Positions 1 to 8,296 of a DNA stretch of 24,792 bases are shown one piece after another (within the stretch, counting starts at the first letter, position 1; each line of letters starts with the position of its first letter). Source of the DNA: a bacterium (GTDB lineage: Bacteria > SAR324 > NAC60-12); NCBI GenBank assembly GCA_965233585.1, contig CBDDTI010000193.1:1-24792 (forward strand). The letters run 5' to 3'. Below the pieces are notes generated by a model. It saw only the letters and a list, made by a program, of their open reading frames with translations, did no database searches and was not told where the DNA came from. Made by a program: the position numbers and the translations under genes.

Positions 1-964
1 TACTGGCCACACGCTAAGGCCCGCAGCACGCTGGATATGCCTAACGCCGCTAACTCCAATTACCATCCTAGGGTTGGATGCAATCACTTTGCTCATCGGG
101 GCAAAAGGCAAGCTCACCGATCGCGATGACACCTCCTTGTTTTTAAAAGCCTCAATAAACTTTTTCATGGTGGCTGGATTAGGGTAGATGTACTGTTGAG
201 CAAAACAGTGTGAAAAGTTTTTTAATTAAAAATATGCTGAGCTGATTTCAAACTGTTTTACTCACCCCGTCGTCTCCAATAAAATATTGTTCGCGATGGC
301 TGTGGCTTTCTAGCCACTTGGAAAAGTTTACCTCCGCGGTTTTCACGCGCTCGTTAACATCCCATTTGCAGGGTCGAAACAACTCCTCTTGCTTTTTCCT
401 TGTCAAATTAATCCCATCCACCTTGGACGAAACCGGCTCCGGCTCGACATAATTTTTCCTTTTTGAATCGGGTAATTTCTTTTTGCCTGAATCGGACCTT
501 GGTCTTTTTTTCGCGCAAAACGGCTTTCCTTGATCCTCCATCTCCGGTTCTTCAATATCAGTCGGGGCATCGTCATCATCGTCATCCTCGGTATCATCTT
601 GGGCGGCATCAGACACAACATCGCTATCATCGTTATCAGAGCCGTCTTGCATGTTCTCTGAGCCGGATTCTTCAGACTCGTCATCGCTTGAATTCTCGTT
701 GTCTCTCATGTCCTCATCCTTCTCCATGTCTGAGTCGGAATCTTCTAATTGCTTATGTCCTTTGTTCGCAGATGACGAACGGGATTTGGCAAGTTTACTA
801 CTTTTTTGCTCTTTGGTGTAAACTTTTGACGTTTTTTCAACGTGGCTTTTTTCGAACGGTGTCTTTTTCGCGACCTTTTTATGCGCAGACTTCCCCTTTT
901 TTTTGTACAAGATCGTCTTGCTGCCTTTGCCATTGCTTTCAGATGATGTAGCCAGTTTACCCAT
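1..964 (-). CDS. Spliced hypothetical protein (Lys-rich N-terminus, Asp/Glu-rich tract); exons 964-266 and 192-<1, runs off the window
   Basis: ORF 248..964 has a donor GGG|GTGAGT at 265 (phase 0) and an acceptor TTTTGCTCAACAG| ending at 193. The next exon is open for all 64 codons to the window edge (YIYPNPATMKKFIEAFKNKEV...GLSVWPV). Confidence 0.7.
193..265 (-). other. Spliceosomal intron, 73 nt, phase 0
   Basis: GTGAGT...CAG, AT-rich; removal bypasses the stop at 248 and keeps the frame open. Confidence 0.7.
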
Positions 965-1656
965 GACGCGACCGATGTTTTATCTTAGGTGTGGATGTGA
1001 AGCCAGTCAAAATATTATTGGTGTTTCACCAAAAGTGCAAATTGGCTTTTATACTATTTTGACTTGTATAATGGCAAATGCTAGAATATTCTGGATGAAA
1101 TTGTGGTCAACTTTTAACCCATTTTAAGGCAAAAAAAAAGTTCTAGAAGAAACTAGAAAAATCTAAAAGCAATTATTTTCATAAAGGTTTGAAAAAAAAA
1201 TTTAAAAATGCTCATTTCTATTTTTTTGTCGGTAAAATGACCTAAAATTAGGGCATCTTTTGTAAAATGGAGAATTTTTTCCGCCTTTTTAGATGCTGCT
1301 CCTTGGCACGTGCTTTTTTTCTCACTTGAGCTAATGGTTTTTCTGCTTAATGGTTTTCAACGCTAATTTTCCTTCCAGAAAATTGTCATTCTTTATTTCT
1401 TTGACCGCAAAAAAGGGTGCAAAGACCCGATTGTTAACCTTTTAATAATTAATCTTTTTCCTTTTGCTGATTTATTTTAATGGGTGTGCTGCTAAAAAAA
1501 ATTGGCTGTTGTTTAAAAGAAAAAACAATTTTTAGCAAACACACTGTCTCATATCTTGTCATTAATTTGCTCCAATTTCGGCGCTTTTGCTTTAAGCCTT
1601 AATGCATGTGCGGAAAAATGAACAAAAATAAAGGAAAATTGCACGGAAAACACAAT

Positions 1657-1666
1657 CTGACGTCAG
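1657..1666. promoter_or_regulatory. CRE/ATF-type palindrome in the divergent intergenic region
   Basis: CTGACGTCAG contains the canonical TGACGTCA, between divergent ORFs starting at 964 (-) and 2091 (+). Function is not shown. Confidence 0.3.
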
Positions 1667-1948
1667 GTTGCGGGGATAAAAGGATTTACAAGAAGGGTTA
1701 AAATTTTCTCCAAAATTAATTATCTTTTCAAAAAACCAGGTTTAATTTTTGCGCCTTTTTTCTACTATTAAAAAGTTTACATGAATGACCCTTTTTGAGA
1801 TAAGGAGTCATTCCAAAATCTAAACTGAAACCGAAAAGATCCTGGTTTTATCTTTTAGACACTTGAAAAAAATCGTAAGTAGACAAAAAGTCTTTACAAT
1901 TTTAAAACATTGAATTTTTTTGAAAAATATTTTTAAACATAAAGTTGG

Positions 1949-2053
1949 TTAAAGTCTAAAAATTTTTTACACAAATTGAGCTTACGCAAAAAAAATTTTA
2001 ACAATTGCTTAAAGTCTTAAAATTTTTTACCCAAAATTGAGCTTACGCAAAAA
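1949..2053. repeat. Imperfect direct repeat, two copies of about 45 bp, period 60
   Basis: TTAAAGTCT(A/T)AAA(A)TTTTTTAC..AAATTGAGCTTACGCAAAAA at 1949 and 2009. Confidence 0.8.
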
Positions 2054-2090
2054 TCTTAAACCTGATTTCAATCACCCTGCTTTCTAGACA

Positions 2091-2867
2091 ATGCCGAAAA
2101 ATAGGGAATCAAGATTAATTGGTTTTAAGAGGTGTGGGCCTTTCCAAATAAAACTGGGAAGAAGGACACCAGTGGAACAAGTCTCGGTCGAGCTCACGTC
2201 CGCATCTTCCACCGTCGCGCTGCCTTCGAACTCACCGCCCGCTTCCCTTTCCACCTCTTTTATTCAAATTAGAACTGAGCCCCTTTTTTCCTCGACACCA
2301 AACACCTCGTTTAGACCGGTGTGTTACAGCCCTCCGCCTACCCCTTCGCCCGTGCCATCACCGGTCTATTCAATGCCGGCTCCCTTTCGTCCGCTTCAAC
2401 CTGGCTTGTTCTTACCGGGCCCCCCAACTCCGGCTCCACCGAGACTACCAACCATGTCTCCAACGGCTGTGTCCCTCCCGCAATCCCCAATGTTGTGTGA
2501 CATGAGGGCTTTGCGGGCTCAGCTAAGGCCGATCCGCCCGGCGCCCATAACAACTCCGCTTCTAGCAGCACCACCGCGACTCGTCATCCCCGAACCGCGA
2601 GGAGCAAGGGTGGTAAGATTACCGGGCGTGTCGGTAAATGGTGGGGTCATAAGTGAGGGGCTCGACTTGAGGGTAAACCGCCCCTGTCCGGATCCGCACG
2701 TTTTTACGGAAAAATTAAAGAAAATTTTAAGTAAGGTGTCCCCCTTGCTCGTATTTTACGAGTCGCAAGGGGGAAATTTATTTTTAAACCCGTCCATTCG
2801 CGAATTATATAAAAAAAATTTAACAGAAGTGCAAGAATATGTAGAGAGTGCTATTAATTTATTGTAA
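2091..2867 (+). CDS. Pro/Ser-rich hypothetical protein, 258 aa, with a predicted helical C-terminal region
   Basis: ATG-initiated GC-rich ORF in an AT-rich context; no family motif recognised. Confidence 0.65.
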   Translation: MPKNRESRLIGFKRCGPFQIKLGRRTPVEQVSVELTSASSTVALPSNSPPASLSTSFIQIRTEPLFSSTPNTSFRPVCYSPPPTPSPVPSPVYSMPAPFRPLQPGLFLPGPPTPAPPRLPTMSPTAVSLPQSPMLCDMRALRAQLRPIRPAPITTPLLAAPPRLVIPEPRGARVVRLPGVSVNGGVISEGLDLRVNRPCPDPHVFTEKLKKILSKVSPLLVFYESQGGNLFLNPSIRELYKKNLTEVQEYVESAINLL

Positions 2868-2962
2868 ATATAACAATTGTGTGTGTGTGTATATATAAAG
2901 ATTAGAAGATACAACATTTTTTTCCTTTTTCAGAAAAAGTTTAAAAGCGAGAGAAAAAAAGA

Positions 2963-3598
2963 ATGACGCACAAGTGTGAAACGTGTCACATATCGTTTTC
3001 CAGAAAGAGTCGTCTTGCCAATCATTTAAAATTAAAACACAGAAATCAAGCAAATCAAAATGGTCGCGACAAGTTGAGAAAGTGCCCGTTTTGTGAACTT
3101 AAATACAGTGATAAGAACGAGTTATCGTCTCACGTAGATTCGAATCACGCGGAATCAAGGGTATTTTCTAAAAGGCAAGGAGCCATTGGCGACAAAGTTT
3201 GCATTTTCCAACAAGAACTGACTCACCTAAAAAGCTCTTTGCAAGATTTTTGCAACTCTAAGCAAACGATCGAAAATGTGTTTAATCTCGTTAAAAGTCA
3301 ATTTACACATCGGGTGGTTTGTCGAATAAGTATAACAATCACGGCAGATTACGAGATACAGGGTTTAGATGAAGAAAGTCAGGGAAAAAGCGTCGACATC
3401 GATTCTTTCACGTTACGGTCAAAAGGCGTCGCGGTCAACAAATATCAAAGCGATGAGCAGATTCGAGATAGGATAAAGTCACTTTTGGCTGGATCGGTGG
3501 AGAGGGAAGACGATTTGTTAACTAGAGGTTCAGGCTGGCGATTTGCTCAACTTCAAAGTTGCAGCGTTTTAATCTATGACTGTAGCAGTATTTTTTAA
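2963..3598 (+). CDS. C2H2 zinc-finger protein equivalent to the N-terminal (GSGW) region of Polinton pPolB, 211 aa
   Basis: Two C2H2 fingers (CETC..H..H, CPFC..H..H) and RGSGWRF near the end. In Polinton polymerases GSGW typically precedes the LP..K.+IN..N.D..CF.W.+ block, which here begins the next ORF. Confidence 0.75.
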   Translation: MTHKCETCHISFSRKSRLANHLKLKHRNQANQNGRDKLRKCPFCELKYSDKNELSSHVDSNHAESRVFSKRQGAIGDKVCIFQQELTHLKSSLQDFCNSKQTIENVFNLVKSQFTHRVVCRISITITADYEIQGLDEESQGKSVDIDSFTLRSKGVAVNKYQSDEQIRDRIKSLLAGSVEREDDLLTRGSGWRFAQLQSCSVLIYDCSSIF

Positions 3599-3600
3599 AA

Positions 3601-6600
3601 ATGAACAGCGACTCTGTAAACGTGCCCGAGTATTTATTAAAGTGTCGAAGTGTTTTATGGAACAGAAAATACGATGAAAAGAATTTTCTATATTGTGTCA
3701 TAGGACATCTTTGGCCGGAAACGGCAAACATCAGACGATGCAAAAAAATTCCAAAGGAGTATGAAAGTAAATTTAACTTGCAGGGTTTAACCTTTCCCCT
3801 GCAGTTTAGTCAGATTAGCAAGTTTGTTCGAATTAACAAGCACCTACCGTTACGTATAAGAGTTCTTTTTGAAGGTGAACATCAACTGAGTGTTTTAGAC
3901 GTTTTCTCCAATAGATCTGGCGAGAAAAATAAGAACAAAAATACGCTAAATTTGCTAATGATTAAAAGTGATCGTCAAATTTCATCGGCCAATAAAGACA
4001 GCATTGACGTAAATGGCATTTCCAACGTAAAAGACCTTGAGCATCAGCACCATTTTTTCACTATTGCTAATTTAAATGGCTTTCTGAACAACCGAAAATC
4101 TGCTATGACCAAAGGAAGACGGCATAGAAGTCAGTTTTATTTTTGTGACAGCTGTTTAAGAGATTTTCGTTCGCGCAAGAAACAAAAATTACACGAAAAA
4201 ATCTGTCAAATGGATAAACAAGCGGTGATTTATCCGGAAAAGGGCAGTGTCTTGAATTTCGATAAGCAAAGAAATGCTTTTAAAGCACCTGTAGTGGGAT
4301 TTGCTGATTTTGAGTGTTTTATGGAAAAGTCAGAGCAAGAAGCAAAAACATGTAAAACATGCGGAAAAGCGTGGGTGACATGCGAATGTCAAGTGTCGGG
4401 ATGCGCTGAGCTAAGTAAACATCGAGCTTGCGGCTATTCAATTTGTTTTGTCGATTCGGAAAACGAAGTATTTTATCAAGAAACGTACAGTGGAAAAGAC
4501 GCTGTGGAAAATTTTCTATCAAAGCTGGATTATTTCGAAGAATTAGTGGAAGCGCGAAAGCAACGGTTCAAGAACACATCTCAAATTATAGCGAGCAAAC
4601 ATGATTGGGAAGAGTACCACGCCGCCACGCTGTGTCATATTTGCAAAAAAGATTTTGATTCAGGCTCGCGATTATATAAAAAAGTGGTTGATCATGATCA
4701 CGTCACCGGAAACATTGTTCAAGCGGCGCATTCTATTTGCAATCTGCAACGACAGGGCCCATTTAGAACACCTATATACTTTCACAACGCCAAGGGGTAA
4801 GTACAGACTTTTTTAATATTTATAATCCTTGACTTGAGGGAAAGTCATTTTAAATTTTTTTAATTTTAAGATATGACATAAATCTACTAGTAGAAAAATT
4901 GGACAAAGAGGCTAATCTGATGGCGAGTAACCAAGAAAAGTTTAGGACAATCACTATTGGAAAATTTCAAATTAGGGATTCTCTAGAGCACGTGCCATCC
5001 AGTCTTGATGCGCTCATGACCGATTTATGCAAGGATGAGACGTTTACCTTTCCGATTCTCAAACAATTCGAGCCTTACAAGAGGCTGTGGACGCGACAAA
5101 AGGCGAAAGGTTTAAAATTATTGAAAAGAAAAGGTGTATATCCGTATGAATACTTTTCATCATATGAGTCGATTAAAAACAGTCAATTTCCGCCAAAAGA
5201 CGCTTTCTACTCGAGATTGAGCGAAGCCCACATCTCAACCGAAGATCATAAGCACGGCTATGAAGTGTTCAAGTTTTTTAATTGTAAAAATATGGACGAC
5301 TACATGAAGTTATATTGCGGACTGGACGTGATTTTGCTGGCTGAGATTTTTGTAAAGTATCGAGAAATGGTGATGAAGCACTTTGAGTTGGATCCCATCT
5401 ACTATTTAGGCATACCTGGCTTGTCATTTGACATCATGCTTAAAATGTTTCAAAATGAAGAAAGAAAAGACGAAGAAGAGATTAGTCCTGATTTAATGTC
5501 GAAACCACCGGGCTCATTGGACTTGTTTCACGATCCGGCAATGGAACAGTTTTTTACACGCGGCATTAGAGGAGGGCAGAGTTTTATAGCTACCAGACAA
5601 GCGACGGGTCAGGCCGATCCTAAAGCGAGCGGCGAGCATTTACTATATGTAGATGGTAATATTTTTTATTAAACGTCAAAGAAAAAAGATTGATTAAAAT
5701 TACGATACATTTTCAGCTAACAATCTTTACGGCAGCATGGAAACACGCATGCTGCCGGTGGGTAATTTTAAGTGGGTGCCAAAAAAGGAGATAAAAACAT
5801 GGACGGACAAGGACATTTTGAATTTGCCTTCGCAAAGCAGGATTGGCTATGCTTTTGAAGTGGATTTGCACTATCCAAAAAAATATCATGAGGTAAATAA
5901 TTGTTTCTGCTAAACACCAACTGCTAGAAAAATTTTTTTTATTTATTTTGCAGAGAGATGATCAATTTCCTTTGGCTCCTTACACTGACACAATAAACTT
6001 TGATGATCTGTCACCGTTTAACAAACAACTTTTGAAGAAGCACTGTCCGACTGATTACAAAAACAAACGTTACAGTTCGCGAAAGCTTCTTGCCACATTC
6101 TACCCGCGACGTAAATATGTCGTCTTGTTAGATAATCTAAAGTATTATTTGAGGCGAGGGCTGAAGCTTACAAAAATCAGACGAGCGGTCAAGTTTGAGC
6201 AAAAAGACTTTTTAAAAAACTTCATCACAAAAATTACAAAATTAAGGTCGGAGGCAAAAACTGATTTTGAATTACGTCTCTTCAAGTTGTTTGCCAATTC
6301 CACATTTGGCAAATTTATAGGTAAAATAAAGTAATGGCTCCCTTTTTTCACAATAAAATGTTTAATTTTTTTCAGAGAACGCGCGAAACTACATCGAAAT
6401 CGTATTGTGCCACAATGAAAAGAAGCTGAGAAAGACTTGCATGGGTCAGCATGTTTCGAATTTGAAAGTCATAAACGAAAACCTTGTGGCTGTCATGAAA
6501 AAACCGGCCGTTATTGAAATGAAGAAACCGTTGGCGGTGGGGTTTGCGATTTTGGAACTATCCAAACTCTACATGTATCGATCGTACGACAAATTTAGAC

Positions 6601-7163
6601 GCTACTTTGGAACGGAGAATCTAAGGTTGTGCTTTTCGGACACAGACTCGTTTCTGTTTCGAGTAAAATGTCAAAATTTAGTTAAAAAGTTAAAAAGAAT
6701 GGAACACATGTTCGACTTCTCAAAATACGATAAAGATCACGAGTTGTTTGACGATAGCAGAGCCAATCATTTGTTTTACTTCAAAGACGAGCTAAAAGGA
6801 AAGGCCGCAATTACTGAATTTATCGGCTTAAGGCCAAAATGTTACAGCATGACGGTCAAGGATTTGAAAACCCGAGGAGCCAGCGTAAAGAAAATTTGTA
6901 AGGGCCTTAAAAAAACTAGTATTAAAAATCACTTGACCTTTGAGGATTATAAAAAATGTTTAAACGAATCAACATTGGTATATAAGCCTCTTGTTAATAT
7001 TAAATCAAAGAATCACAGAATGTCAACAACCTACCAACGGAAAATTGCTCTATCTGCCATGGACACCAAACGTTATGTGCTTTCTTGCGGAAAGTGCACT
7101 TTGGCCTTAGGAAGTTGTCATGTAAAAAAATGTTATAAACACGAATGTAAGGAAATCAAATAA
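3601..7163 (+). CDS. polB: Protein-primed family-B DNA polymerase, 5 exons: 3601-4796, 4871-5655, 5717-5892, 5954-6320, 6376-7163 (3312 nt, 1103 aa)
   Basis: The spliced product has Exo I FADFEC, Exo II FHNAKG|YD, Exo III YCGLDV, motif A YVD|ANNLYG, GYAFEVDLHYP, FPLAP, motif B KLFANSTFGKFI|EN, motif C FSDTDS and LRPKCYS. Junction phases (2,1,0,1) all match and there are no internal stops. Confidence 0.93.
4797..4870 (+). other. polB intron 1, 74 nt, phase 2
   Basis: GG|GTAAGT...TTTTAAG|A; restores HNAKGYD. Confidence 0.9.
5656..5716 (+). other. polB intron 2, 61 nt, phase 1
   Basis: G|GTAATA...TTTTCAG|CT; restores YVDANNLYG. Confidence 0.9.
5893..5953 (+). other. polB intron 3, 61 nt, phase 0
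   Basis: GAG|GTAAAT...TTTTGCAG|AGA; restores YPKKYHERDDQFPLAP. Confidence 0.88.
6321..6375 (+). other. polB intron 4, 55 nt, phase 1
   Basis: G|GTAAAA...TTTTTCAG|AG; restores FGKFIENARN. Confidence 0.88.
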
Positions 7164-7225
7164 ACGTATTGATAAAAATTGATCGTAATATTTTGTCTCT
7201 TTTTTGTGACAAGAAAATTAAAAAC

Positions 7226-7912
7226 ATGGACGGATTTGATTTGCGCTTTAAGCTTCCATCTAACTTACTCGCGGTAGGTCCCACTTCTTGCGGAAAAACG
7301 TCATGGCTAAAAAAACTGGTTGAAGATAGGGCCGTAATGTGCTCGCCCGTTCCGGAATGTATGATTCTATTTTACAAAGAATTCCAACCGACCTATGCTG
7401 ATATGGAGCGGGGGATGAACGATGACGCGCGTGAAAAGAGGTTTTGCAAATTTTCATCCATGCCAGAATCGGTTGAAGAGATGAAAGATATACTGGAAAC
7501 GTTTCCTAGAGCTCTTCCGAAAATTGTGGTATTTGACGATTTTCTTGATGAAGTAGGATCGGTGCTAAAGCACTTTTTCACGGTTTTAACGCATCATTAT
7601 AATTGTTTGACAGTTTTTTTGTGTCAGAACATGTTTAGCGCCAAAAGCGAACTCAGAATGCTCAGCATCAACTCGCAGTACATGATTTTATTCAACAATC
7701 CCAGAGACCGTAGCGCCGTCTCGCACCTGGCTAAACAGGTGTATCCGGGTAACGTGCATCGGCTAAACGATGCATATGCGGCAGCAACCGGTGAAAGACC
7801 TTATGGCTATTTACTGCTGGATTTTCATCAGCAGCAAAATAATTTGGTTCGATTAAGAAGTCATATTTTTCCGGACGAACAGCCTACAAGGGCGTACAAC
7901 GTACGCACGTAA
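7226..7912 (+). CDS. A32/FtsK-HerA-like genome-packaging ATPase, 228 aa from ATG 7226
   Basis: Walker A GPTSCGKT, Walker B IVVFDDF, HHYNCLTVFLCQN and R.LS.NSQY.ILFNNPRD, as in Polinton packaging ATPases. ATG 7226 (AAACATGG) is preferred over the TTG at 7169. Confidence 0.9.
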   Translation: MDGFDLRFKLPSNLLAVGPTSCGKTSWLKKLVEDRAVMCSPVPECMILFYKEFQPTYADMERGMNDDAREKRFCKFSSMPESVEEMKDILETFPRALPKIVVFDDFLDEVGSVLKHFFTVLTHHYNCLTVFLCQNMFSAKSELRMLSINSQYMILFNNPRDRSAVSHLAKQVYPGNVHRLNDAYAAATGERPYGYLLLDFHQQQNNLVRLRSHIFPDEQPTRAYNVRT

Positions 7913-7942
7913 GAATGGCAAAATCGTTAAGTAGAATGGTAA

Positions 7943-8296
7943 ATGACGAAATCACTAGAAAAAGCAGTTTCTCTTTTAAACGCGGTAAAACATTTAAAAG
8001 ACCGTGACTGTTCCAATTTCATTGGATGTTTAAACGAGGAAGGCATCTATACTCTGTGTCGAATAATACACTACGTTTTGAACGGAGAGCTTACTTTTAG
8101 TAAGCGCGTTCGAGCAAGGTTAAGATCGAAAGTCGGGTGTCATCTGCCTGACTTTAAAAAACTGTCAAATTACCCGCGCAATAGTCGAGATATTTGCAAA
8201 AAGAAGCGAATACTGCAAAGAGGAGGCATAATCGGGGTTCTGACGGCTATTGCTAGCGCTGTAATACCTCTAATCACTCAACTTATTACAAAATGA
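7943..8296 (+). CDS. Small basic protein ending in QRGG plus a hydrophobic/amphipathic helix (Polinton-type putative virion protein), 117 aa
   Basis: C-terminus KKKRILQRGG-IIGVLTAIASAVIPLITQLITK; position next to the ATPase. Confidence 0.7.
   Translation: MTKSLEKAVSLLNAVKHLKDRDCSNFIGCLNEEGIYTLCRIIHYVLNGELTFSKRVRARLRSKVGCHLPDFKKLSNYPRNSRDICKKKRILQRGGIIGVLTAIASAVIPLITQLITK

Noticed and set aside
403..951. Alternative-frame and antisense ORFs here and over the other genes (e.g. 16084-16824, 19290-19811, 19879-20289, 20039-20491)
   Set aside because: They are shadows of well-supported coding frames with no independent motifs.
2864..2933. Intron fusing the Pro-rich ORF to the zinc-finger ORF
   Set aside because: GTAAAT..CAG is plausible, but the join is out of frame with ATG 2963 and stops after about 15 codons.
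3601..7163. polB as a frameshifted pseudogene or as four separate genes
   Set aside because: Every break is bounded by GT..AG with matching phase, and removal restores conserved motifs exactly.
7169..7225. TTG start of the ATPase given by the ORF track
   Set aside because: The context is eukaryotic, ATG 7226 has a good context, and the upstream stretch looks like a pyrimidine tract.
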